Source of the DNA: a virus
Lineage: Duplodnaviria; Caudoviricetes
Strand: one strand, 5' to 3'
Length of the DNA stretch: 64,000 bases
IMG/VR virus record: IMGVR_UViG_3300029305_003178
Coordinates: 1-64,000 of that record
Part shown: positions 38,164-47,645 of the stretch, piece by piece
How the letters are laid out: each line of letters starts with the position of its first letter
Numbering within the stretch: the stretch's first letter is position 1
Made by a program: the position numbers and the translations under genes
The notes under the pieces: generated by a model
Databases searched by the model: none
Seen by the model: only the letters and a program-made list of their open reading frames with translations
What the model was told of the DNA's origin: nothing

Positions 38164-39048
38164 TTATTCACCACTTTCTTCAGAATTAGTAATAACTAAT
38201 TCATAACCTTTGGCTTCCATATATTCTTGTGCTTGATCACTCAATGGAGAAACAAATTTTCCATTTAAATAAAAATATCCTAATACATACTCATATCTAG
38301 TTTCTTTGTCCAAATAAATAAAGTCTTTATTACCCATACCAGTATCTGTATCGAGAATGGAGACACATTGCTTGGTATCACTATCAATTTGAGCATATGA
38401 TAATTCATACTTTAATCCATCTTTTATTCGTTTATATTTTTCAGCATCGGATAGTGGTGTATAGTAAATCGGAGTTTTATAAGGTTCATCAAATACTCCA
38501 GTATTACCTTCAGGAACATCATATTCTTCTTCATTTAGAATATCGAGTTTTCTACATATTTTATCGAATTTATCAGATAACTCATTTAATTTTTTTATCA
38601 TTATACTTTTCGTATCTTCTTCTTTATTGTCGTATACATATCCTTTAGGTTTAGTATTATTTTTCTCATAACTAACACTAGAATTATCTGTAACTATATT
38701 AGAAAAACTAATTCTAAAATCAGAGTTATAGATATATTCAAAAGCTCTTGTAGAATATGGATCTACAAATTCTTCTTCTAAATAGAAATATCCAACACCA
38801 AATGGATATCTTGCTGTACTAGATATTTTTGGTAATTTAATAAAATATACTGAATCTCTAAGTTTAATATTATGCTCATACTCAGGATAATATAATCTAA
38901 AATAAATTACTTGATTTGTATCTTTTTCAATTATTGCATAAATTCTCTTACCATCTTTATTTTTATTATTTCTAAGATCATCCAAATCATCAATATGCTG
39001 ATGTAATTCCTCTCTAGAATATAAAATAATTGCTGGGTGTTTTTTCAT
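38164..39048 (-). CDS. Two-domain member of GYFYL family
   Basis: Start moved to SD-associated ATG; GVGYFYL..FVDPYS and LGYFYL..FVSPLS. Confidence 0.8.
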   Translation of the reverse strand: MKKHPAIILYSREELHQHIDDLDDLRNNKNKDGKRIYAIIEKDTNQVIYFRLYYPEYEHNIKLRDSVYFIKLPKISSTARYPFGVGYFYLEEEFVDPYSTRAFEYIYNSDFRISFSNIVTDNSSVSYEKNNTKPKGYVYDNKEEDTKSIMIKKLNELSDKFDKICRKLDILNEEEYDVPEGNTGVFDEPYKTPIYYTPLSDAEKYKRIKDGLKYELSYAQIDSDTKQCVSILDTDTGMGNKDFIYLDKETRYEYVLGYFYLNGKFVSPLSDQAQEYMEAKGYELVITNSEESGE

Positions 39049-39064
39049 AATAATCTCTCCTTTA

Positions 39065-39595
39065 TTATAGACCACGTCTAATACCATATAAATTTTCATC
39101 CATACTCTTCAATGTTTCATTCATTTGATGCATGAATTCTAACATATCATTTTCATATGGACTATATTTTGTCGTAATAGACTCTTCTTTAATATCATTT
39201 ACATTAGATATTGTATATCTTTCTTCAGATTCATCATCTGCAAATCTTATATTAAAATTATTAATGCGCATGTATTCGATACCCTCTTTACTATAAGGAT
39301 GAACGAACCCACAATCTAAATAAAAATACCCAATAGCGATATCAGGATAATCACAATACGCAGATGGTAAATTCATATATCTATAGTTAATACCACCATC
39401 AGGCAGCAATATATTTAATTCTTCGACAGTCTCATGATATAATTTTATAACCTGTCTTGTTTTTCTATCCAGCATAACGCTTTTATACCAAAAATATGGA
39501 TGATTATTACTATCATAGCAACGTCCCATACAGTCTTCATGACTCTTATTTATTGTATCAATTGTATAAATTATTACTGTTCCTTTATCTTTCAT
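39065..39595 (-). CDS. GYFYL family protein
   Basis: AIGYFYLDCGFVHPYS...LKSMDENL. Confidence 0.8.
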   Translation of the reverse strand: MKDKGTVIIYTIDTINKSHEDCMGRCYDSNNHPYFWYKSVMLDRKTRQVIKLYHETVEELNILLPDGGINYRYMNLPSAYCDYPDIAIGYFYLDCGFVHPYSKEGIEYMRINNFNIRFADDESEERYTISNVNDIKEESITTKYSPYENDMLEFMHQMNETLKSMDENLYGIRRGL

Positions 39596-39611
39596 ATTAA
39601 TCTATCCCCCT

Positions 39612-40079
39612 TTATTTAGTAATATTGATAAGACTTAAAGTTTCATCCATACTTTTAAGTACAGAAATTAAATCATTCTCAAATTTAGTCTTATATGAGT
39701 ATTCATTAACATCAGTTAATTTATAAGAAGAATTTTCTAATTCACGTGCTGTAAATCGGATTTCAAACTTATTAAATAATACATGCTTAAATCCAGCATC
39801 TGAATAAGGAAACTCAAATGTATTATTTAAATAAAAGAATCCTATACCAACATTTGGGTGTATTTCAGAATTTTCAATATCCATAAAGTCATAATCATCT
39901 CTATTATACATACCACTAAATATTATATCAATAATACTACGATCAATAATATTTACAACTTGTCTATTAGATTTATTTACTATAGCTGTTACATGTGGAT
40001 AATTTTTTCTCCACTCATTAGTCTTATTAACGCTATTCAGTATTTCATGAATAGAATAATAAACTACAAATTTATTCAT
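39612..40079 (-). CDS. GYFYL family protein
   Basis: GIGFFYLNNTFEFPYS...LKSMDETL. Confidence 0.8.
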   Translation of the reverse strand: MNKFVVYYSIHEILNSVNKTNEWRKNYPHVTAIVNKSNRQVVNIIDRSIIDIIFSGMYNRDDYDFMDIENSEIHPNVGIGFFYLNNTFEFPYSDAGFKHVLFNKFEIRFTARELENSSYKLTDVNEYSYKTKFENDLISVLKSMDETLSLINITK

Positions 40080-40223
40080 AATAATCTCTCCCTCTATAAT
40101 AAAATTATTATAAAGTTTTCATGATAATATAAATGTAAAAATATGGTAAAATGAGCTTATTCGAATATATATTATTATCATGAATATAATAAAATAAGCA
40201 TCTTAGAGAGGAGACTTAAAAAT

Positions 40224-40664
40224 ATGAAAAACATTGACGATATTAAATATATGGCTTTGGCTGCATATAAACTGCTGCAACGAGCTAATAAACTTACCAC
40301 ATTTATGCAAACAGACGATTATCCATATATTGATTATAGTATCTGGGATAAGGTTGATGAATTATATGAGGGATCATCTAAAATCCCATACTGTACAACT
40401 TTCTGGTATCTGTTTGAAGACAGATTTACTGGAAAACGATATGCTGGATACGGTGATTTAAATAGACCATCAATGGGAGTAAGCTCTTTGATGGAACTAA
40501 TTGATGATAATTTTTATTACTATGGTGTATGTGTTCACAATACACCTTATGGAATATATTCGTGTCCTGGTCATACACCCAGATACGATAAAAGAAGATT
40601 TAAAGTAGTGCATCAAACAAAAGTAATTCGTGATAAACGCACGAATGAACAATATTGGGTGTGA
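40224..40664 (+). CDS. Early hypothetical protein (cassette 1)
   Basis: 146-aa ORF behind ATATATTATTATCATGAATA promoter block and GAGGAG SD. Confidence 0.8.
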   Translation: MKNIDDIKYMALAAYKLLQRANKLTTFMQTDDYPYIDYSIWDKVDELYEGSSKIPYCTTFWYLFEDRFTGKRYAGYGDLNRPSMGVSSLMELIDDNFYYYGVCVHNTPYGIYSCPGHTPRYDKRRFKVVHQTKVIRDKRTNEQYWV

Positions 40665-40670
40665 TATAAT

Positions 40671-40806
40671 TAGGTAGAGATTAGACATCTCTACCTATAT
40701 ATTTTTTTTATATGATCCGTATTTTGAGATTATTTAATTATATATTATTATCATGAATATAATAAAGATACCTATAAAAATATATCTTAGAGGAGGATTA
40801 ATTATG
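40671..40806 (+). repeat. Hairpin-promoter-RBS cassette, copy A
   Basis: TAGGTAGAGA-ttagaca-TCTCTACCTA, T-run, ATATGATCCGTATTTTGA, TATATATTATTATCATGAATA, GGAGG; ~135 bp highly similar to 41175-41311. Confidence 0.9.
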
Positions 40807-41166
40807 AGATACGCAACATTTATTACAAAACCAAAAAGCGAAAGACGATATATTGAACAACGATTGTTCAAAGCCATGGATTCCATGAAAGATCATAAAG
40901 TATTTAACGATGTATCTGGCGAAAGCATGGATTGTATTGGCTTGGTATTTTTTAAATATGGTATCGGAGCCCTGCTCTCTACAGGATTCTATACAAGAAG
41001 AATTATCCGTATCAATCCACACGGCGCTCATCTTGAGTGTTGGGGATATGCAAGATTTGATAAAATGCTCGAGTATGATGATAGCTCGAACATTAAACAA
41101 TCACTCAAAAGCTATAATGAACGGTGCTCCGAACATGAACATGCGTTAGCATATGTTCTGTTCTAA
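40804..41166 (+). CDS. Early hypothetical protein (cassette 2)
   Basis: Start moved to ATG after GAGGAGG. Confidence 0.8.
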   Translation: MRYATFITKPKSERRYIEQRLFKAMDSMKDHKVFNDVSGESMDCIGLVFFKYGIGALLSTGFYTRRIIRINPHGAHLECWGYARFDKMLEYDDSSNIKQSLKSYNERCSEHEHALAYVLF

Positions 41167-41174
41167 TATTTAAT

Positions 41175-41311
41175 TAGGTAGAGATGTTTAGTCTCTACCT
41201 ATATTTTTTTATATGATCCGTATTTTGAAGTTATTTAATTATATATTATTATCATGAATAAAAGAAAATACATCTATAAAAATATACATTTTAAAGGAGG
41301 ATTTAATTATG
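41175..41311 (+). repeat. Hairpin-promoter-RBS cassette, copy B
   Basis: TAGGTAGAGA-tgtttag-TCTCTACCTA followed by the same spacer and promoter. Confidence 0.9.
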
Positions 41312-41641
41312 AGAACCATTGATACTATCTTTAACGAAATTAATGACCATATTTTTTCTACATTTTGCTATATGGATACTCTTGATAAAGATGTATTTGG
41401 TGCTTTTACGCTGTACAGGGAGTTTATGTCTCTAACTAAAACTTCATTATATAAATACGGGCGTGTTATTGAAAATGATATCACACTTGTAATTTCAGCG
41501 GTTGAAATTACAAATAGTCATGCCCGTATTATTGCAAATGGACATGAGTCTGCATTATATGGTGAAACCGTTAGGAAATTAGCCGATTCGGTTATTAAGT
41601 TTTGCTATGAACGCAAAGAAGAATTAGGTAAAGTCTTCTAA
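41309..41641 (+). CDS. Early hypothetical protein (cassette 3)
   Basis: 110-aa ORF, AAGGAGG SD. Confidence 0.8.
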   Translation: MRTIDTIFNEINDHIFSTFCYMDTLDKDVFGAFTLYREFMSLTKTSLYKYGRVIENDITLVISAVEITNSHARIIANGHESALYGETVRKLADSVIKFCYERKEELGKVF

Positions 41642-41679
41642 GCGTCTCTACCTATATTTATTTGAAAGGGGATTTGATT

Positions 41680-42060
41680 ATGGAATTTACAAACAATGCT
41701 ATCGAAATGATGAAAAACTGTTATACCAATGAACTCATATTTATTAAAAATGTGATAAATGGTGAATTTATCGATGAGGGTGATTTTGGTGACCCAAAGA
41801 AATGTGACATTCTGGTTATTTTAGGAGATATGACAGTAGTACCTATCGATACAACCAAAAGAGGTTACTACCCTATGCGAAAATTAAGAGTCAGATATGA
41901 TAATTCTGGAAATTCTATGGGTTATCGAGAACGCTATCAAATCTCTGATGTATTTATAAACCTTACAGGGGATATTGCTAACGATATTGAGGAGTATAAC
42001 AAAAATCATATTTCCATATATGGTGATTCAGAAAAAATCATTGCATATATCGAAGCATGA
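41680..42060 (+). CDS. Early hypothetical protein
   Basis: Start after ATTTGAAAGGGGA; preceded by half-palindrome TCTCTACCTATATTT. Confidence 0.8.
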   Translation: MEFTNNAIEMMKNCYTNELIFIKNVINGEFIDEGDFGDPKKCDILVILGDMTVVPIDTTKRGYYPMRKLRVRYDNSGNSMGYRERYQISDVFINLTGDIANDIEEYNKNHISIYGDSEKIIAYIEA

Positions 42061-42089
42061 CAAGATTTCATTTGAAAGGGGAATTAATT

Positions 42090-42551
42090 ATGAAAAAGAA
42101 AATTACACAGGACGAGCTCAACAAAATAGTTGAGCTTCATAAAAAATGGCTTAACACAGAAAAAGAAGGTAAACTAGCTATTTTAGACAACATGGATTTA
42201 TATAGATTAAATCTATGTGGTGCAGATCTTCGCTATGCAAAATGTAGAGGCACCAACTTTAAAAGAGCAAATCTTGTTGGTGTTAATTTTGCTAATGCTG
42301 ATTTATCTAATTCCAATTTAGCTAATGCCAATTTATGCTGTGCATATATGGCATATGCTAAAGTTGATAAAGCCAATTTTGACGGTGCAGATTTCTATAG
42401 AATTGCTGCATTTGGTGTTGATTTCACTAATTCTATTAATATGGGCACAGTTGCCAATTTCAACAATATGGAGTTGGCTAATTGGGTAGATCGTGAAGCA
42501 TTTGTACATGGTGATATGAAGACCAAAATTAAACTTGTTTCTGGTAAATAA
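42090..42551 (+). CDS. Pentapeptide-repeat protein
   Basis: HKKWL...ADLRY AKCRG TNFKR ANLVG VNFAN ADLSN SNLAN ANLCC. Confidence 0.92.
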   Translation: MKKKITQDELNKIVELHKKWLNTEKEGKLAILDNMDLYRLNLCGADLRYAKCRGTNFKRANLVGVNFANADLSNSNLANANLCCAYMAYAKVDKANFDGADFYRIAAFGVDFTNSINMGTVANFNNMELANWVDREAFVHGDMKTKIKLVSGK

Positions 42552-42563
42552 TAAAAAAAGAAT

Positions 42564-42601
42564 TAGGTAGAGACTAAACATCTCTACCTATATTTTTTTT
42601 T
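42564..42601. terminator. Third copy of cassette hairpin, bidirectional terminator
   Basis: TAGGTAGAGA-ctaaaca-TCTCTACCTA plus T-run. Confidence 0.85.
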
Positions 42602-42602
42602 C

Positions 42603-43097
42603 TTAAAATATCTTTGGTGGCACTTTTCTATAATCATCTACAATTCTAGTAATTTTCAATTTATGAAAATACTCAATTTTATCAGAATTTACATTTTCTA
42701 TTCTATTATAAGTAGATTTATGGTTAATATATGTATAAGTTTTAAAATCTTTATTATTCTCTATATCACCATAACCATTTTCATCTAAACATACAAACCA
42801 AATACAAAATGGCATATCATCATTCCATAATTCGGAGCAAATGCATGCACAATAATATCCTTTATATTCTAAATTATCAAAATTAAAATATTCATCTGGG
42901 ATACCTTGTACTTTTACTGGAACTAAATCAGTATAAATAACACCATTAAGTTCTACTTCATATTTATCTTTAATATCAAAATCTGATATAAGTTGTATAA
43001 TATTAACAAAATTATCATCATAATTATCGGAATATGTTTCTCCATCAAACAGTATGGATTTATCGGATGAAATATATTTTTTAGTATTTTCTTCCAT
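42603..43097 (-). CDS. Hypothetical protein
   Basis: 164-aa ORF preceded by a G9 tract. Confidence 0.7.
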   Translation of the reverse strand: MEENTKKYISSDKSILFDGETYSDNYDDNFVNIIQLISDFDIKDKYEVELNGVIYTDLVPVKVQGIPDEYFNFDNLEYKGYYCACICSELWNDDMPFCIWFVCLDENGYGDIENNKDFKTYTYINHKSTYNRIENVNSDKIEYFHKLKITRIVDDYRKVPPKIF

Positions 43098-43216
43098 ATG
43101 GGATCACCCCCCCCCACAATATTTATCCATTATATTATTATATGGTTTTCATATGTAGAGTGTTTACGTAGATCTTAATTTAGTATAAGTTAATATATAA
43201 TTATATAAATAATAAG

Positions 43217-43254
43217 ATATGAAGGTATTAGATTGATTTCTAATACCTTCATAT
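43217..43254 (-). terminator. Hairpin terminator
   Basis: ATATGAAGGTATTAGA-TTGATT-TCTAATACCTTCATAT. Confidence 0.8.
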
Positions 43255-43273
43255 ACTTTTTAGGTATACTATA

Positions 43274-44590
43274 TTACCAGAATTCTACTAATTGCCATAC
43301 AAATGGTTGAGTTTTACTAGATGATGTTGCAGTTAAGGATAATACATTATTTGAGAGCACATAATTTGTAACTGTCACCAAACTATTTGTTGTTGTTATT
43401 GGTATCAATAATGTTTTATTGATATTTATGGAAGCTATATTTATATTATATGTGGTACTTGATGTAGCAGTAGTTAGTAAAACGCCAGTTTGTATACGCT
43501 TAATAATTTTAAGACTGTCTGCATATGCAACTGTTTTTGACATTGTTAACCAGGTACCAGCTTTAAGTTTTATAGTAATTGGTACATCTTTTGTTACACG
43601 GACTATTGCATATTTAAGAGTAACTTGAAGTTGAGTGCTGCTTATATAATTTGCACCATTATCTATTGATACTGAACCCGACAAATTATTATTATATTGA
43701 TGTGACCCAAATGCTATTAAGATATCACCGGTTTCTGTAGGAGTATATGTTGTAACAAGTTTACCGTTATCACCTTCATCTCTACTATAACCAGTTGTTG
43801 AACTTAATCTATAAAATACATTAGAAATCATAGCATAATATATAACTGTATTACCTGTGATCGCTGAGGTTGCAGAATTTGTTGCTTGCAACTTAATAAC
43901 TTGACCTTTATTAACAGGTACGGCATGCCCACCAGCATGACCGCTATAATCATTCCAAGTAGATGACGTAACTACTGAGCCATCCACCAATATTCTATAT
44001 GTACCATTTTTACTAACATAGTCAGTATTAATAGCTATAACACACACACCAGTTGAAGGTGCTGTTATCGAGCATATATCTGTATATGTTGATGGTGTAT
44101 TAGCTGGTATATTTAATGTAGTCGCTACCTTATATGAATATTGTGCATCTATAAAACTAGCATCTGCACTAGCTGTTGCAGTGGCATCTGTTAATAAATT
44201 CAGCATACTATCCATAGTTACATTGCTACTACCAATTTTAGATAAAATATCAGATGTATTAATATATGCATTATATGCATGAAGTTGTGCGTTTGATGCG
44301 TTTACAGCAGCACTGTTAGCATTAGTATTAGCACCAAATGATTGATCTATTGCGGTATTTAATTTAGCCATTATTGTGCCAGATGTAATTGTACCACCTT
44401 GATCAGATGTTGCACCAATTATACTTTTTACACTATCAACATTAGTATTAACACTTTCTACAGTATTTTTAACATTTGCAACATTACTATTTACTGTATT
44501 AACATTAGTTTTAACACTGTCTACACTAATATTAACATTATCTAATGTATCTTTATCAGCTAAATAAGTAACAATATTATTATCACTCAT
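43274..44590 (-). CDS. Heptad-repeat fibre/adhesin-like virion protein
   Basis: N-terminus paralogous to 27601..28425; GTIMAKLN linker; C-terminal IKRIQTG...WQLVEF domain. Confidence 0.7.
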   Translation of the reverse strand: MSDNNIVTYLADKDTLDNVNISVDSVKTNVNTVNSNVANVKNTVESVNTNVDSVKSIIGATSDQGGTITSGTIMAKLNTAIDQSFGANTNANSAAVNASNAQLHAYNAYINTSDILSKIGSSNVTMDSMLNLLTDATATASADASFIDAQYSYKVATTLNIPANTPSTYTDICSITAPSTGVCVIAINTDYVSKNGTYRILVDGSVVTSSTWNDYSGHAGGHAVPVNKGQVIKLQATNSATSAITGNTVIYYAMISNVFYRLSSTTGYSRDEGDNGKLVTTYTPTETGDILIAFGSHQYNNNLSGSVSIDNGANYISSTQLQVTLKYAIVRVTKDVPITIKLKAGTWLTMSKTVAYADSLKIIKRIQTGVLLTTATSSTTYNINIASININKTLLIPITTTNSLVTVTNYVLSNNVLSLTATSSSKTQPFVWQLVEFW

Positions 44591-44766
44591 AAGTTTATTC
44601 CTCCTTATAGTATATTTAAAACAACATTTTTATGGAATATGTAACTGTACAAATAAAAGAGATTTCTAAATATTCTAGTTTCAAAATATCTCCTTCTCCC
44701 ATAAAACATTGTATAATATTATTATATAGTATAAAAATAATTAATTTAAGTTACCATTTAAATTAA

Positions 44767-45048
44767 TCATTCATTAATTGCATTCATTTCATACAAATCA
44801 GCAATAGCCATCATCATGACATACTGATTTTCTAATAATTCGTTGTTTGTTGCCTGTACTTCTTCAGGTTCTTCAGGTTCGGGCTCAATCCAAGTACCAT
44901 TGTCATAAGTCCAACCTAAAGGATTTTCACCATTTTCTAATGAAATCATATCATCACCATTTACCATTTCCGGTAAATTAGATACTGCGAAACAAACTTT
45001 AGTTTCCAAGTCAATCTGTGCATATCTATATGAAGCCATATATGTCAC
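44767..45048 (-). CDS. Tail-fibre-associated small protein
   Basis: YAQID...LGWTYDNGTW...ATNNELLENQYVMMMAIADLYE. Confidence 0.7.
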   Translation of the reverse strand: MTYMASYRYAQIDLETKVCFAVSNLPEMVNGDDMISLENGENPLGWTYDNGTWIEPEPEEPEEVQATNNELLENQYVMMMAIADLYEMNAINE

Positions 45049-45135
45049 ACTCCTTATCTTATTTTATTTAATATAAATGATTTTTAAATTGCATACTTAA
45101 TATATAGTTCTAAATTATAAATATCTGGGTTATAA

Positions 45136-45173
45136 ATATAATGGATATAGAAATTAATCTATATCCATTATAT
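45136..45173 (-). terminator. Hairpin terminator
   Basis: ATATAATGGATATAGA-AATTAA-TCTATATCCATTATAT. Confidence 0.75.
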
Positions 45174-45180
45174 TATTTTA

Positions 45181-45510
45181 TTATAAATTCATTTCATATA
45201 AATCAGTAATAGCCATCATAAGAGCATACTGGTTGTCTTCCATAGATGTTAACTGATTTTGAATATCTTTGTTTGTTGGCTGGGGTTCTGTTATTTCATC
45301 AGACTCTGCTGTATTAATATCAAAATATTCAATACTAATTTCTCCATTGTTATATATAAAATTCTTACCTTTACCTTCAATGACTTCACCGTCAAAGAAA
45401 GAAAATTCACCATCGAACCAAACTTCATTTTTTTCTACATCTACACTCTCTTTATCTCTAGTTGTATTATAAGAAATAATATAATTTTTATCATTCAGAA
45501 ATAAAATCAT
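45181..45510 (-). CDS. Tail-fibre-associated small protein
   Basis: PTNKDIQNQL...NQYALMMAITDLYE. Confidence 0.7.
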   Translation of the reverse strand: MILFLNDKNYIISYNTTRDKESVDVEKNEVWFDGEFSFFDGEVIEGKGKNFIYNNGEISIEYFDINTAESDEITEPQPTNKDIQNQLTSMEDNQYALMMAITDLYEMNL

Positions 45511-45525
45511 TACAATACACCTCCA

Positions 45526-46476
45526 TTACAAATCTTCATATACAAGTCCAATATAAACTGGGTGACCACCAACTGTGGTTGTAGCCGAGTTAGATGCAAT
45601 AGTACAATTGAATGTAATTGTATTATTACATGTAAATTCTATAGGTTCATATGCAGGATTTGATAGATAATCAGTGTCTGAACTTACCACCATCCACTGA
45701 CAAGGGATATTTGTTGGTGTTAAATAGTTATCAACAATATTATTATTAGTAGTAGAAACAAAATAGCTATATTTCGTTCTTAGTATATAAGTTTTACCAC
45801 CCGAACTATAACTACCAGTGCTATTATCCATTAATCTATATGTTGTACCATCAACTGTTACAGTCAAATCAAATGCACATTTGGCAGATGAATATGTTGA
45901 TAAAAGTACATTATAAATTTTTTTTGCACCAGTAAATGTGAATGAAGCTATTTTTGTATCATTAACATTAGTTGGTGTTGTATCTTTACAAAATAATACT
46001 TTTAATTTTTTTGTATCTCTAATATCTGTGGAATTCTGTGTAACTGCAATATTAGAAGTCTGATTAATAATATGACTCAATTTCTGAGATAATGTACCTG
46101 TACTAGAAGCAGTATTATTAATTGCTGTTTGTGTCGCAGCAGCTATAGCTTTTGATGCAGCTGTAGAAGAACTTGACTCAGCAGCAGATGCAAATGCATA
46201 TACCTCGTGGACATCTTCAATAATTGTACTTATACCAGTTTTTACATCGGCGACATTAGTATTTACTGTCGCTACATCAGTTTTAACTGCAGCTACATTT
46301 GTATTAATTATATTTACTAAAGATTCTATATCATCTACATTTTCATCAATTGTATCCATAGTTGTTTCAATGTCACTGATACTTTCAGCATTTGCTGAAA
46401 TACCATCTTCCATATTATTTAAATGCATAGCTTTTAATGTCTGATTTTCTACAAAGTTTTGTTTTTCATAAGCCAT
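45526..46476 (-). CDS. Heptad-repeat fibre/adhesin-like virion protein
   Basis: MAYEKQNF...LNNMEDGI fibre N-terminus; VKTDVATVNTNV; NNTASSTGTLSQKLS. Confidence 0.75.
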   Translation of the reverse strand: MAYEKQNFVENQTLKAMHLNNMEDGISANAESISDIETTMDTIDENVDDIESLVNIINTNVAAVKTDVATVNTNVADVKTGISTIIEDVHEVYAFASAAESSSSTAASKAIAAATQTAINNTASSTGTLSQKLSHIINQTSNIAVTQNSTDIRDTKKLKVLFCKDTTPTNVNDTKIASFTFTGAKKIYNVLLSTYSSAKCAFDLTVTVDGTTYRLMDNSTGSYSSGGKTYILRTKYSYFVSTTNNNIVDNYLTPTNIPCQWMVVSSDTDYLSNPAYEPIEFTCNNTITFNCTIASNSATTTVGGHPVYIGLVYEDL

Positions 46477-46489
46477 GTGTTATCACTCC

Positions 46490-46993
46490 TTATTCTAAAA
46501 TAAAGTTACCTAATTTATCTATATCTAAAATAGAGCCAGGACGTACATCCTCTGCAGTCTTTTTATTAATAACTGTAACACCAATTGCACCAATAGATTC
46601 ATTATATGTGAATGCATAGTTTTTACCACCAGATACAAATGATGATGTGTTTGCAGCGTTTGTTACAAATGCTTTCTTATTTTGTTCATCTATCACAACG
46701 TTCACCACAGCACCTTCAACAAATGCACCTTCAATACTAGCTATAGTCATCATAGTTGAATCAACTAATTCATATAATGTATCGTTATTTGATATTTTTA
46801 AATGTGTAACAGTAGATGAATTTGCTGGTGAAATAAATGATAATTTAGCACCACTGTGTACAGATAAATCATTATCAATTACAATATAGGCATCATCTTT
46901 CCTAGCAGTAATATCCGTTTTAATTCTAGGATAAGCAACCGCATTTTTAGTTTGAGTTTTATTATAAAGTTTCATTAACTTAGGTTTAGGCAT
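46490..46993 (-). CDS. Virion protein, paralog of 47148
   Basis: KPKL.K..N.T...YPRI...IEG.FV.GA; late motif at 47025-47036. Confidence 0.75.
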   Translation of the reverse strand: MPKPKLMKLYNKTQTKNAVAYPRIKTDITARKDDAYIVIDNDLSVHSGAKLSFISPANSSTVTHLKISNNDTLYELVDSTMMTIASIEGAFVEGAVVNVVIDEQNKKAFVTNAANTSSFVSGGKNYAFTYNESIGAIGVTVINKKTAEDVRPGSILDIDKLGNFILE

Positions 46994-47065
46994 TGGTATA
47001 TCACCTCCTAATATAAATTATCATTACTTATATGTTTTATACTAGAAGTTATGACAAATAAAAAA

Positions 47066-47111
47066 GTATTTAGATGTAGAATATAGTAAGAAAGATTCTA
47101 CATCTAAATAC
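47066..47111 (-). terminator. Hairpin terminator
   Basis: GTATTTAGATGTAGAAT / ATTCTACATCTAAATAC, T-run on - strand. Confidence 0.8.
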
Positions 47112-47147
47112 AATTATTTTTTAATTAAAAGGTTTTTATTTTAATAA

Positions 47148-47627
47148 TTACACTTTCTTAATACCAACGGCACCAACTTCTTCGTCATAAACGAATGTAT
47201 AGCCAGTACCATCGAATACAAAGGAAGGTGTAGCAGCAGCATTTTCAATAAATGCACGTTTGTTTACTTCATCAAGTCTTACGTTTACAGCAGCACCACT
47301 TACAAATACACCTTCAATTTTAGAAATATTAATAAGGGATGCGTCAACCATTTCATATAACACATCATTTGTAGGAGATGTATTATCACCTTCTACAGTA
47401 TGACATGTCAGTTTTAAATGAGTTACAGCTGTAGAGTCAGCAGGTGCAACAAATGAAACTAATGCACCATCGTGAATAAAAAATTTATTACCAGCTACAA
47501 TATGTTTATTAGCCTCATCTATAGTTACAGCGATATTTGTTGTAATTCTAGGATAGCCGATAATCATGTCTGAGCCATATTCTTCATGTGTTGTATTAAA
47601 AATTTTCAGTAATTTAGGTTTAGCCAT
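47148..47627 (-). CDS. Virion protein, paralog of 46490
   Basis: Co-linear similarity over the whole length. Confidence 0.75.
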   Translation of the reverse strand: MAKPKLLKIFNTTHEEYGSDMIIGYPRITTNIAVTIDEANKHIVAGNKFFIHDGALVSFVAPADSTAVTHLKLTCHTVEGDNTSPTNDVLYEMVDASLINISKIEGVFVSGAAVNVRLDEVNKRAFIENAAATPSFVFDGTGYTFVYDEEVGAVGIKKV

Positions 47628-47645
47628 TTTATCTCGCCTCCAATT

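Noticed and set aside
40671-42590. Repeated palindromes as a CRISPR mini-array
   Set aside because: Separated by whole genes of 0.35-1.3 kb, not 30-40 bp spacers; no cas1/cas2
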